The notes below the pieces were generated by a model that had not been told where the DNA came from, did not search any database, and saw nothing but the letters and a program-made list of their open reading frames with translations. From an uncultured Actinomycetota bacterium (GTDB lineage: Bacteria; Actinomycetota; Actinomycetes; CAVWCF01), in assembly GCA_963753435.1 (NCBI GenBank), contig CAVWCF010000001.1:1504001-1568000 (forward strand): a stretch of DNA of 64,000 bases. Reading direction: 5' to 3'. Below, piece after piece: positions 39,325 through 49,269 of this stretch. Both the position numbers and the translations under genes were made by a program. The stretch's first letter is position 1, and each line of letters begins with the position of its first letter.

Positions 39325-39696
39325 ATGGATCAGGCAACCGACCGCGCCGACGTTCAGAAACTGCTGCGGGAGTACCAGCGGATGGGTGAGCACGCGTTCG
39401 ACCGCAACCGGATCTTCGGGGATCCCGTGACTCACGGTGACGTGGTCCTGGTGCCGGTGGGCTGGGTTGCCGGTGGCGGCGGCGGTGGCGAAGGGCAGGC
39501 CCCGAAGGTCACGCCGGGCGCGGACGACGCCGAAGGTTCCGGCCACGGCTGGGGGATGGTCGGGCAGGCGATCGGTGCCTACGTGATCCGGGACGGGCAG
39601 GTCAGTTTCGTCCCCGCGATCGACGTGACCAAGTTGGCGGCCATCGGGATGGCCGGCCTGGTGCTGCTGACCCTGCTCAAACGGCGGCGCAGGTGA
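39325..39696 (+). CDS. YtfJ/GerW-like protein
   Basis: IFGDPV...VPV...GGGGGG...GAYVIRDGQV plus C-terminal TM. Confidence 0.78.
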   Translation: MDQATDRADVQKLLREYQRMGEHAFDRNRIFGDPVTHGDVVLVPVGWVAGGGGGGEGQAPKVTPGADDAEGSGHGWGMVGQAIGAYVIRDGQVSFVPAIDVTKLAAIGMAGLVLLTLLKRRRR

Positions 39697-40319
39697 CCAC
39701 CCGCGTCGTCCTGCTGCTGTTCGACCGGATGGACCTGCTCGACTTCGGCGGTCCGTACGAGGTGTTCCTGACGGCCTCCCGCCTGGCCAACCGCCAGGGC
39801 CAGCCGGAACCGTTCGAAGTGCTGACCGTGTCCCCTGACGACAACCCAGTCACCGCCTACGGCGGCGTGGGCCTGTCCCCGTCGCATCGCCTCGACGAGG
39901 TCGGGACCGCCGACGTGGTCGTCGTCCCCGGGGCCATCGACATCGAAGCAGTGGCTGCCGACCCCCAGGTTCAGGCGGCAGTCCGACGGCTCAGCGAGGC
40001 CGCCGCGGTCACCACCAGCGTCTGCACCGGTGCGTTCCTGCTGTCCGATGTCGGCCTGCTCGATGAGCGACCCTTCACCACGCACTGGGAGGACGTGTCC
40101 GAGCTGGGCCGCCGCGTCGGGTCCGCGCAGCGGGCACAGGTCAGCCGTTGGGTCGACGCCGGTGAGGTGGTGACCGCCGGTGGCCTGTCCAGCGGCATCG
40201 CGATGGCGCTGCACCTGGTGGACCGGATGGTGGGGCGTGCAACCGCCGTGGCCACCGCGCGACAGTTGGACTACGTCTGGGACCCCGACGACCCAGCGGC
40301 TGGTGTGGCCCAGCCCTGA
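39693..40319 (+). CDS. DJ-1/PfpI family protein
   Basis: LDFGGPYEVF, SVCTGA, TTHW, TAGGLSSG. Confidence 0.9.
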   Translation: MTTRVVLLLFDRMDLLDFGGPYEVFLTASRLANRQGQPEPFEVLTVSPDDNPVTAYGGVGLSPSHRLDEVGTADVVVVPGAIDIEAVAADPQVQAAVRRLSEAAAVTTSVCTGAFLLSDVGLLDERPFTTHWEDVSELGRRVGSAQRAQVSRWVDAGEVVTAGGLSSGIAMALHLVDRMVGRATAVATARQLDYVWDPDDPAAGVAQP

Positions 40320-41510
40320 GGCGCCAGCTGCACCAGGTCCGCCAGCGCCTTGGTGACCTCGGCGAGCAGTTCGAAGTCGAGTACGTCCGGCACGTCGTCG
40401 GGGGAATGCGCGACCTGCCCGAGCGCCGCGTCGAAGTCCGCACTGGTGAGAGCCAGCGCCGGCAGACCCCGTTGCACGAACACGGCGTGGTCACTCTGAA
40501 ACCACTCCGGTCCAGGCACCAGGCAGCGGTGCTGTTGCGCCCACGACTCGATCAGTTCGCTCGCTTTCGCGGTGAGTCCGTAGGTGGAGTAGGCCGCCCG
40601 GCCGCCACGCAGGCCCACACCGTCGAGGTTGATGACAAGGCCGATGGAGTCGAGGTCGCAGTCCTGCAGATACGCGATCTCCCCGGAGGCGGCGTAGTAG
40701 TCCTCGCCGTTGACCAGCAGTACCTCCACAGCTGACTCGTCCCTGTTGAGACCCAACATGCGCGCCAGCTCCAGCAGCGTCGCCACCCCTGCGCCGTTGT
40801 CCAGGGCTCCCGGAGTCCCCGGTTTTGTGTCGATGTGGGCCACGAGCAGAACGCGCTTGTCTTCGGAACCGGACGTCGCGATCACATTGCGGGCCGTTGC
40901 CGGACGCCTGACCCCGGTGAACTGCACAACCACCTCGGACCCGGCTGATGCGAGTCAACCCGGCCGCGTCGCCCGGCCGCACGTTGGCTGTGGGAACGGC
41001 GAACGTGCCGTCCTCGATCCACGGGAACGGGTCCAGGGAGCCGGCGAGATCCCGGTGGCGCCCGGTCACCGCCAACACCACTGCGGCGCCGCTGTTCTCC
41101 AGGGCCGACAGCAGCCGCTCGTCGTCCGGGCTGGAGTAGAAGGGGTAGCCGCGTGGAGTCAGCGGTGCCTGCGTTAGGGCGCCGGTGGCAACGACGACGT
41201 CGCCGGCGCGGACGTCGGCCAGGCCCGAAGCGTCCTCAAGAACGGTCACCCGGCCACGGGTAGTCGCTCCCAGTGCGTAAGGGCTGACCGTGACCGGGAT
41301 GCGGTCTGGACCGGCTTGCACCCAACCGTCAGCACCCCGCCAGTCGACGACCGGGAACTCGGGGGTGCGGACCGACCAGCCGTATGCACGTAGCGCATCG
41401 GCGCAGTAGTCGACGGCAGCCTGATTGCCTGACGAACCCGGTCGCCGGTCCGGCTGCACCGAGCAAAGGGTCGTGACGTGCGCGCGGATGCGGTCGGGCG
41501 TCGCTGTCAC
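40271..41510 (-). CDS. M28 family peptidase (PA domain), apparent frameshift near 40940
   Basis: RRPGSSGN in the N-terminal frame; AHID, GALDNGAGV, GED, NLD, SDH, HSPDD in the C-terminal frame. Confidence 0.85.
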
Positions 41511-41520
41511 TGCTGCCGGC

Positions 41521-41997
41521 TCACTGCTTCGGTGACTCCAACTCGGTTACGTCGGCGATGGTGGCGCCGAGTGCGGAGCTCATCGCGTCGGCGTCCACCA
41601 GGATCGCGACTCCGTGCGCACCGCTGCCCATGCTCACCCGACGACCGGCCAGGGCAGCGTCGGCGATCACTGGCCAGGCCGTCGTGGAGCCGAAAGGCGT
41701 GATCGTGCCGCGTTTGTAGCCGGTCGCGGCGAATGCCTCGTCCGCATCGGGCAGGGACATGCGGTTGACGCCCAACTGTTGGCGCAACTTGGGCCAGGAG
41801 ATCGTGCGATCCCCGCCGACGAGCACGAACACGTAGTCGTCGGCACCGCGGCGCACGACCAACGTCTTGACGACGTCGCGCGGTTCCTGGCCGCGCGCTT
41901 CGGCGGCTTCGGCGAGGCTGCGCACCGGTCCGTGGCTGATGACCTCCACGTCCAGACCAAGCGCGCGCGCCGCGTCCACCGCCGGTTGTTCGCTCAT
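41521..41997 (-). CDS. YbaK/EbsC aminoacyl-tRNA deacylase family protein
   Basis: VVKTLVV, TGYKRGTITPFG, SMGSG. Confidence 0.9.
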   Translation of the reverse strand: MSEQPAVDAARALGLDVEVISHGPVRSLAEAAEARGQEPRDVVKTLVVRRGADDYVFVLVGGDRTISWPKLRQQLGVNRMSLPDADEAFAATGYKRGTITPFGSTTAWPVIADAALAGRRVSMGSGAHGVAILVDADAMSSALGATIADVTELESPKQ

Positions 41998-42060
41998 GCG
42001 CTGAATGTGGCACGGTGAGGGGCGGATGGCCATGTGTACGGGCGAAGGAGGTGGCAGCCG

Positions 42061-42948
42061 GTGAGCGAACTGATCACCTGGCGCGACCCGCGGCCCGGTG
42101 CAGCCGCGGTGATGCTGCACAGCCTGCAGGGATTCCTGGACGCCGGCTCGGCCGGTCGCCTCGCGGTGGAACGGATCCTCGCCGAATGCCCCAACCGGAT
42201 CGTCGCGGAGTTCGACGTCGACGACCTGTACGACTACCGGGCGCGACGGCCCCGGATGACGTTCCTGTCCGACCACTACGGGCAGGTGGACCTGCCGCAA
42301 CTGGTGGTGCACGAGGTCAGCGACCTGACCGGCACGCCGTTCCTGCTGCTGCACGGCCCGGAGCCGGACTTCCGCTGGCAGCGGTTCGTGGCCGCAGTCC
42401 GGCACGTGGTCGAAGAGCTCAAGGTGCAACGGGTGGTGGGCATGCACGCGGTGCCGTGGCCGGCCCCGCACACCCGCCCGGTCGGCATCACCGCGCACGC
42501 CACCGACCGGTCGATGATCCCGGATGCGACTTCCTGGGTTGGGGCGTTGGAGGTCCCCGGTCACGTCGCCGGGATGTTGGAGTTGTCGCTGGGCGAGCAC
42601 GGCCACGACGCGATGGGCTTCGCCGCGCACGTGCCGCACTACCTGGTCAACGTCGAGTACCCGCGAGCTGCCCTCGCGCTGCTGGAGGCCACCGCCGCTT
42701 CGACCGGGCTGGTGCTGCCCTTCGACGCGCTGCGCGAGTCCGCGGCGCGGTCGGATGCGGAGATCGCCGCGCAGGTGGCTAGCGACCCGGACAACGTCGA
42801 AGCCGTGCAGGCGATGGAAGTCCAGTACGACGCGCTGGTCCAGCAACGTGGTCTGCCGGTCGTCGATGAGGAACTGCCCAGCGGCGACGAGATCGCCGCC
42901 CAGGTGGAGCAGTTCCTGGCGGACCGCCGCGACGGCGAGCCCCAGTAG
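42061..42948 (+). CDS. PAC2 (proteasome assembly chaperone) family protein
   Basis: GFLDAG, DYRARRP, GPEPDFRW, PHTRP, HVPHYL; AAGGAGG RBS. Confidence 0.92.
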   Translation: MSELITWRDPRPGAAAVMLHSLQGFLDAGSAGRLAVERILAECPNRIVAEFDVDDLYDYRARRPRMTFLSDHYGQVDLPQLVVHEVSDLTGTPFLLLHGPEPDFRWQRFVAAVRHVVEELKVQRVVGMHAVPWPAPHTRPVGITAHATDRSMIPDATSWVGALEVPGHVAGMLELSLGEHGHDAMGFAAHVPHYLVNVEYPRAALALLEATAASTGLVLPFDALRESAARSDAEIAAQVASDPDNVEAVQAMEVQYDALVQQRGLPVVDEELPSGDEIAAQVEQFLADRRDGEPQ

Positions 42949-43048
42949 CCCAACCCCAGTGGCCGACCGGTTGTCGGCGCCTAGCGGCGCGCATCCCGGG
43001 GCCGCGGCCTCAGCCGGGCTAGCGTGATGGCCCGGCAAGGAGGTAGGC

Positions 43049-44290
43049 GTGACCACAGAGGCGACTGGGCCCGACGCGACTGAGGCTAGGCCAGCGCGCG
43101 AGGACTTCCCGAGAGCGCCGGCCCCGGACAGCCCGCAAGTCCGGTTCATCGCCTACCAGCCGGGCTGGTTGCGGCGCGCGATCATCCTCGCCCTGGCGCT
43201 GTTCGCGGGTTACCTGGCGCTGGCGTGGATGTGGAAGAGCCTCGGCGGCTTCCTGTTCAGCCTGTTCCTGGCTTGGCTGGGCGCCATCGCCATCGAACCG
43301 GTGGTGGGCTTGCTGTCGCGCCGGGGAATGCGCCGGGGACTGGCGACCGGACTGACCTTGCTCGCACTTTTCGTCTTCGCGATCGTGTTCTCCGTCGTGT
43401 TCGGCAAGCTGTTCTTCGAGCAGACCGCACAGTTGATCCGATCCTTCCCGGCCTTGCTGGACTCCGCCTTGGAATGGGTCAACGACACCTTTGACACCGA
43501 TTTCGACGTCAACTCCGCATTGGAGCAACTCGGGCTTGGGCCCGGTGACATTGCCGCCTATGCCTCGGATATCGCCGGCGGCCTGTTCGGGATCGTGACG
43601 GCGACCGTGGGGCTGGTGTTCCAGTTCTTCACGTTGCTGCTGTTCCTCTTCTACTTCTCCGCCGAAATGCCGTCGGTGAAGCGCTGGATCGGTTCGCTGC
43701 TGCCGGCCCGGCGGCAGGAGTTGTTCGCCCAGACCTGGGACCTGGCGGTGAACAAGACCGGCGGGTTCGTTATCTCCCGCATCGGACTGGCGGCGCTGAG
43801 CTCCTTCTTCCACGCCATCTTGTTCCTCATCCTGGACGTGCCCTACTGGCTGCCGTTGGCGTTGTGGGTCGGCATCGTCAGCCAGTTCGTGCCCACAGTC
43901 GGGACGTACCTGGCGATCGCGCTGCCAGCGGTGATCACGCTGGTTCAGGGCGACGTAGCGGACACCGTCATCATCATCGCGTTCGCCACCGCCTACCAGC
44001 AGGTGGAGAACTACTTCTTCTCACCGAAGTTGAGCCAGAAGACGATGGAGATCCACCCGGCGGTCGCGTTCGGGTCGGTGATCGTGGGCGCCACGCTGTT
44101 CGGGGCTATCGGCGCGTTGATCGCGATCCCGGTGGCGGCGTTCCTGCTGGCCATCTTCGACGCCTACAGCAACCGCTACGAACTCGTGCCCGAGTTGGCG
44201 GCGATGGAGGCCGGCGAGAAGGCCGCGGCTGCCCAACGCAAAGCTGCGCGCACCAACGGCGCTGCTTCTGGCACAGAGCCGCTCTCATAG
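43049..44290 (+). CDS. AI-2E family transporter
   Basis: QFVPTVGTY, YQQVENYFFSPK, IHPAV, GALIAIP. Confidence 0.9.
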   Translation: MTTEATGPDATEARPAREDFPRAPAPDSPQVRFIAYQPGWLRRAIILALALFAGYLALAWMWKSLGGFLFSLFLAWLGAIAIEPVVGLLSRRGMRRGLATGLTLLALFVFAIVFSVVFGKLFFEQTAQLIRSFPALLDSALEWVNDTFDTDFDVNSALEQLGLGPGDIAAYASDIAGGLFGIVTATVGLVFQFFTLLLFLFYFSAEMPSVKRWIGSLLPARRQELFAQTWDLAVNKTGGFVISRIGLAALSSFFHAILFLILDVPYWLPLALWVGIVSQFVPTVGTYLAIALPAVITLVQGDVADTVIIIAFATAYQQVENYFFSPKLSQKTMEIHPAVAFGSVIVGATLFGAIGALIAIPVAAFLLAIFDAYSNRYELVPELAAMEAGEKAAAAQRKAARTNGAASGTEPLS

Positions 44291-44328
44291 CGCTAGACCG
44301 GAATTCAGGCGCACAGTCGGGAGGAAAC

Positions 44329-45069
44329 GTGGGGAAGTTCGACGGGCAAGTGGCGCTGGTGACCGGCGCGTCCCGGGGCATCGGGGAGGCCACGGCGCGC
44401 GCCCTGGCGGCGGCGGGGGCGCACGTGTTGGTTTCGGACGTGACCGACCCCAGCGCGGTCGCCGGTGAGATCAACGGCACGGCGGTCCCGTTGGACGTGC
44501 GCGATTCGTCCGGCTGGGCGGAGATCGCCGCCCAGTGGCCGGTGGACATCGCCGTGCTCAACGCCGGTGTCGGGCTGCGCAAGCCCTACCTGGAGGTCAC
44601 CGACGACGAGTTGGACCACGTGCTGGATGTGAACCTGCGCGCGGTGATGATCGGCACCCGGGAACTGGCCCGGTCGATGGCGGCGCGCGGCGGTGGGGCC
44701 ATTTCGGTGACGGCGTCGATGGGCGGTCTGGTGCCGCACCCGCAGAGCCCGGTGTATGCGACCACGAAGTGGGGTGTCATCGGGTTCGTGCGGTCGGTGG
44801 CAGCGGAATTGGCGCAGTCCGGCGTGCGGCTGACGGCGGTGAGCCCGGCGCTGGTGGACACCCCGATCCTGGGCCCAGGCATGGCCGATCAGTTGCGCGG
44901 CTGGGGGATGAAGTTGCTGACGGCCGATGAGGTGGCTGCCGCGCACCTGGAGGCGCTGGCCGCCGAACCCGGCTCGGTGCTGGCCGTGCAGGTTGGCCGA
45001 GGCGTGAACCTGGTCGAGCCGATGGAGGTCGAGGGTTACCAGTCCGGCCCGCCGCCCTCTGCTTCCTGA
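44329..45069 (+). CDS. SDR oxidoreductase
   Basis: TGASRGIG, LNAG, YATTK. Confidence 0.9.
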   Translation: MGKFDGQVALVTGASRGIGEATARALAAAGAHVLVSDVTDPSAVAGEINGTAVPLDVRDSSGWAEIAAQWPVDIAVLNAGVGLRKPYLEVTDDELDHVLDVNLRAVMIGTRELARSMAARGGGAISVTASMGGLVPHPQSPVYATTKWGVIGFVRSVAAELAQSGVRLTAVSPALVDTPILGPGMADQLRGWGMKLLTADEVAAAHLEALAAEPGSVLAVQVGRGVNLVEPMEVEGYQSGPPPSAS

Positions 45070-45102
45070 TCCGGTTTCGGCGGACCGGCGGCCTGGTGGA
45101 CA

Positions 45103-46224
45103 ATGCGTCTCGTGATGAGCGTCGGGGGACGGCTGGGGTTGGCTGCCGCAATGGTGGCGGTCGTGGTGGTGCCCGCCTCGCCGGCGCAAGCGGATTCCGA
45201 CCTTCCCGAGGTCGGACTCTGCTACGACGGGCAGGCGGCGGTTGCGCTGATCGACCCGGAGGCGTTCGACGCTGCCGGGCTGTCGATGACGATCGACGGC
45301 GTACGGGGACTTCGACGACTTCGTTCTGTCGAAGTCCGGGGTGGACCCAAGCACCGGCGAGGTGCTGCTGACGTCCTTCCTGGAGTTCGACCCGGACTCC
45401 AACCCGACGTGGTCAAGCAGATCCGCTGCAAGGGCCGAACCGGCGAATCACTGGACCAGGGCGCCTGGCCGGACGGGTCGGACAACAACTCGCCGGGCTT
45501 TGAACGGCCCCCGTTCTTCGGCTTCGGTGAGGTTGCCGACGGGGTCTCGGGCGGCCGCGGAACGTGCGAACCGGTGAACCAGCAGATCATTGATGACGTT
45601 TGGGAGTCCCTCACACCTGCGGAGCAGGCTTCAGCGAAGTACAGCCCTGAGGACGGCACTTTGGTGACCGTTCCCGATGAGGAGGCGGTCTTCGGGCCGG
45701 TGTGGACGAGTCCGTTCGAGCCGACAGAGGTCGTGGGGGACACGTTGCAGGTGCGATCCAAGTCCCTTTACGCACCCACGACCGACACCTCCGGGATCGG
45801 GGCACGGTTCCTCGGGGCGCACTACTGCACGTTCGTCGGACCGCAGTACTTGCTGGGCCTGCTGGAGGTGTCGGCGGCCTCGCCGAGTCCGAGCCCAACT
45901 CCGTCTGCGTCAGCCAGCCCGTCGCCAACGCCTTCGGCTACCGCGACTTCGTCGCCGACCACGACGCCCGCATCTGATGTGTCCCCCGTGGCCAGCGATA
46001 CCGGCGCCGCCGAGCTGGCCAACACCGGCTCCTCGGACACACTTCGCACTGTGCTCGTCGGGCTTATCGCTGTGCAGATCGGGCTGATCGTGGCCGTCAG
46101 GTCTCGCCGGGAGGCACTCGGGACGTTTCCGATCCGCCAAAGGGGTTCATTTCCGGAAACGTGTCAGGTAGCGTCCGGGCATCGCGGCGTTCCACCTAGT
46201 GGTATGCCGTTTCGGAGGGAGTAG
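45103..46224 (+). CDS. Secreted Cys-containing protein with S/P/T linker and LANTG sortase-like anchor; compensating frameshifts about 45300-45410
   Basis: Signal peptide (AQA), KQIRCKGRT, GAHYCT, SPSPSPTPS linker, LANTG-TM-RSRR; alternate frame YGDFDDFVLSKSG matches the paralog. Confidence 0.7.
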   Translation: MRLVMSVGGRLGLAAAMVAVVVVPASPAQADSDLPEVGLCYDGQAAVALIDPEAFDAAGLSMTIDGVRGLRRLRSVEVRGGPKHRRGAADVLPGVRPGLQPDVVKQIRCKGRTGESLDQGAWPDGSDNNSPGFERPPFFGFGEVADGVSGGRGTCEPVNQQIIDDVWESLTPAEQASAKYSPEDGTLVTVPDEEAVFGPVWTSPFEPTEVVGDTLQVRSKSLYAPTTDTSGIGARFLGAHYCTFVGPQYLLGLLEVSAASPSPSPTPSASASPSPTPSATATSSPTTTPASDVSPVASDTGAAELANTGSSDTLRTVLVGLIAVQIGLIVAVRSRREALGTFPIRQRGSFPETCQVASGHRGVPPSGMPFRRE

Positions 46225-46227
46225 GGG

Positions 46228-47031
46228 ATGCGACGCAGGCTCGGCGTCGGGCTGGCCCTGGCGGGGCTGCTCGGGGGCGGACTCGTTGCTGCCCAGGTCG
46301 CCGGGGCGGCACTCCAGCCGGCTGACTTCGCCAAGCCGATCGGGTTCTACCGATTCTGCGCCGACGCTCAACTCCAGATCGCTCAGATCGACGAGGCGGC
46401 GCTGAGCAACGCTGGTCTTTCGATCGGTGGGGAGTTCTATGAGGAATTCGACGCTTTCGTGCTCTCCAAGTCTGGAGCAGACCCAAATAGCGGCGCCATC
46501 CTGACCACCTCGTTCGTTGAATACGCGGATGCCGGCAAGACGCAGCCGAAGCAGTTCCGCTGCAAGATGCGGACATCGGAGAGCCTCACCGCCGGCGCGT
46601 GGCCGCCGGGCTCGTCGAACAACAGCCGGGGTATCGAGCGGCCGGAGTACTTCGGCTTCGGTTCGGTCGGCAGCTGGGGTATCTGGCGGGAACCGGCGAC
46701 GTGCCGTGACATCAACCAGAACACGATCGACTGGGGTCTGGTCCGAGCTCTCGCCGACAGATCAGGCGGAACGCGCAGTTCTCGCCGCTAGGAACGTCAC
46801 CCGACCCTCGTCAGCGGACCCCAGACGTGACAGTCGTTGGCGGGGCCCAATGGGTATCCAGTTTCCCGACGCTCACTGTTGAGGACGGCTGCCGTACTCG
46901 AGGTGCCGAGCAAGGCCCTGTACGTCCCGACCGGCCTCGCGGGTACAGCCGCCTGGGAGGGCGCGCACTACTGCACCTTGGTCGCCCCTGACCACCTGCG
47001 GAATGTCCTACTCGGGCTGGCCACGCCATGA
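46228..47031 (+). CDS. Secreted paralog of the preceding protein, frameshifted about 46735-46890
   Basis: FCADAQ, FDAFVLSKSG, KQFRCKMRT, GAWP, SKALY, GAHYCT; stop overlaps the next ATG. Confidence 0.68.
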
Positions 47032-48245
47032 ACTTGTGGAGCCGTCTTGCCCGGGTGTTGGTAGCGGGAGCCGTTGCCGCTGTTTCGCTAGTCGCGCTGG
47101 CCGCACCGGCCGAAGCGCGCGCCCAGAACTTCACTGTTGACTACGACTGTCGGCCGACCCTGTTCGGCATCCAGTACGTCCCCGCGGCACCGCAATCGTT
47201 CACTGTGAACGTTTCGGTTCCCGACACCGTGGTCGCCGGGGATCCCATCGCAATCGACTTCGACATCACCGGCACGCCAACCAACGGCCCGATCGCACTC
47301 GGAAACGTTGTGACCGAGTTCCAACCGACGGTAGTGGTGACACGAGCCGGTTCGCCGTTCGCGATCGGCTCGGGAACCGGACCGGCGAGTGCACCCACGA
47401 GCGTCCCCGCCTACGGCGCCTTTCCGCTGGTCGACCCAGTGACCCTCTCCGCCCCCACGTTCGGTGCGGGCGGGGGTGACCGGTTGGTGATCCGTCCCGG
47501 TGACTTCACTCTGTCGATCGTTTCCGGCGACGATTCCATCGCAGGTGGCTACGTCTCGTGTTCACTCGTCAATGAGCCGAGCGCCTCTACGTTCGTAGAC
47601 GTCACCGGGGCACCTGTGGCTGACACGCCTTACAAGTGCACCGCGGAACAAGGCAACACGTCCGGCAACGGTTGTGACACAACTCAGTCGGTCGTTTTCG
47701 ACCTACTTGAGGGCAATCTCACCCAGCTCGCGGTGAAGACCGGAACCAACCCGGACGCGACGCTCGTGGACCTCGGGTCGATCACCACCCCGTTTGTAAG
47801 CAGCACCCTGACTGGTGATCTGAACACAATCCAGGTCCAGGACAACCGCGGCGGCAGCTTCGGTTGGAGCCTGAGCGCCACCATGACGGACTTCGCCGCA
47901 GTCGGCGGCGCCACCATGGACAACGGCCAGTTGGTTGTCGCCCCGAGTTGCACTGACGCCAGCACTATCTACGACTACACGGCCTACGTGGACTCCACTT
48001 TGATTCCGCCGGTTCTTGGACCTGTGAGCGCCGCATCGCAGGCGCCGGGCATCGCGGCCGGCACCGCCGGGCAGGATCTTGGCGGCACGGTCACTCTTTG
48101 CACCAAGAACACCGACACCAATGCCACAACACAGAGCAGCGGCGGTGTGTATGACGTTGCTGTCCCATTGACACTCACCGTCCCGGCGTTCCAGTCAGCC
48201 GACACGGACTACACGGCAACGATGACCATCACCCTGGTCGGCTGA
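47028..48245 (+). CDS. Secreted surface protein with C-terminal WxL-like domain
   Basis: Signal peptide (AEA); VQDNRGGSFGWSLSATMTDF and terminal YTATMTITL. Confidence 0.75.
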   Translation: MNLWSRLARVLVAGAVAAVSLVALAAPAEARAQNFTVDYDCRPTLFGIQYVPAAPQSFTVNVSVPDTVVAGDPIAIDFDITGTPTNGPIALGNVVTEFQPTVVVTRAGSPFAIGSGTGPASAPTSVPAYGAFPLVDPVTLSAPTFGAGGGDRLVIRPGDFTLSIVSGDDSIAGGYVSCSLVNEPSASTFVDVTGAPVADTPYKCTAEQGNTSGNGCDTTQSVVFDLLEGNLTQLAVKTGTNPDATLVDLGSITTPFVSSTLTGDLNTIQVQDNRGGSFGWSLSATMTDFAAVGGATMDNGQLVVAPSCTDASTIYDYTAYVDSTLIPPVLGPVSAASQAPGIAAGTAGQDLGGTVTLCTKNTDTNATTQSSGGVYDVAVPLTLTVPAFQSADTDYTATMTITLVG

Positions 48246-49200
48246 CCTCCCGCGAGGTCTCGGCAAGGTAGACGCCCGCGATCACTATCGCGGCTCCGGC
48301 GATCTGACCAGGTTCAAGGGATTCCCCGAGCACGATCCAGGCCGCCGCGAACGCAAGTACGGGCTCCAGCATCCCCAGGGCCGAGGCCCCGGTAGCCGAC
48401 AAGTGCCGCAGCGAACCGACAACTAGCAAGAACGGCGCGATGGTGCCAAGCAGGACCATCCAGATCGCCAAGGTCCAAACCGGCACGGAGTCCAGGCCAC
48501 CCAGAGTCGCCACCTCACCCATCACCGACCAGGGGAATTCCCACCACGGGGTGACGACGGCCAAGACCAGCGAAGCGACTCCGAACCCGTAGCAGGTGAG
48601 CACTACCGGATCTCGGCGCTCGGTGACAGTGAGCCGTTCCCCAAGTAGGAAGTACACGGCCAGCGATATGGCGGCAGCGAACCCGGCCACTACGCCCAAC
48701 CGGTTCAGGCCCCCTCCGGATTGCCAAACCTGCGCCACCAGCGACAACCCGAACAGGGCCAGCGCCAGCGCTGCCCAGAACCTGGCGCGGATTGGACGGT
48801 GCTGACCGAAGCGCACCCAGAGCGCGATGAAGATCGGTGCGGTGAACTCAAGCAGAAGTCCGACCCCCACGGGCAACTCGCGGATCGCGACGAAGTAGAA
48901 GGCCTGGACGAATGCGAAGCCGATGATTCCGTAGACCGCCAGCAGGGGCAGGTCTCGCCTCGACACCTGCAGTTTGGCCCGGGCGGTTAGGAGCAGAAAG
49001 CCGAGGATGGCGACGAACGCTCCGAGGGAGCGCAGTTGGGTCAGTTGTATGGCAGGAACCCCAGCCAACAGGATCGGCTTGGAGACGACACCGTTGACCG
49101 CGAAGAGGATTGCCCCCGCTACCACCATGACGACGCCCCGCCGGCGGTTGGGGTGCGCGGAAGTGGGTTCGCCTCCGGGGACCACGACCGCGTCAGTCAC
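48229..49200 (-). CDS. EamA/DMT transporter
   Basis: About 10 TM helices, LPVGVGLLLEFTAP, LEPV. Confidence 0.9.
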   Translation of the reverse strand: MTDAVVVPGGEPTSAHPNRRRGVVMVVAGAILFAVNGVVSKPILLAGVPAIQLTQLRSLGAFVAILGFLLLTARAKLQVSRRDLPLLAVYGIIGFAFVQAFYFVAIRELPVGVGLLLEFTAPIFIALWVRFGQHRPIRARFWAALALALFGLSLVAQVWQSGGGLNRLGVVAGFAAAISLAVYFLLGERLTVTERRDPVVLTCYGFGVASLVLAVVTPWWEFPWSVMGEVATLGGLDSVPVWTLAIWMVLLGTIAPFLLVVGSLRHLSATGASALGMLEPVLAFAAAWIVLGESLEPGQIAGAAIVIAGVYLAETSREVSRPG

Positions 49201-49269
49201 GGTCGGACGCTAACGGCGCCCCGGTTGTTGCGGTGCTGTCTTCAGCGGCCGAGTTCTGGCACGCTGCCG

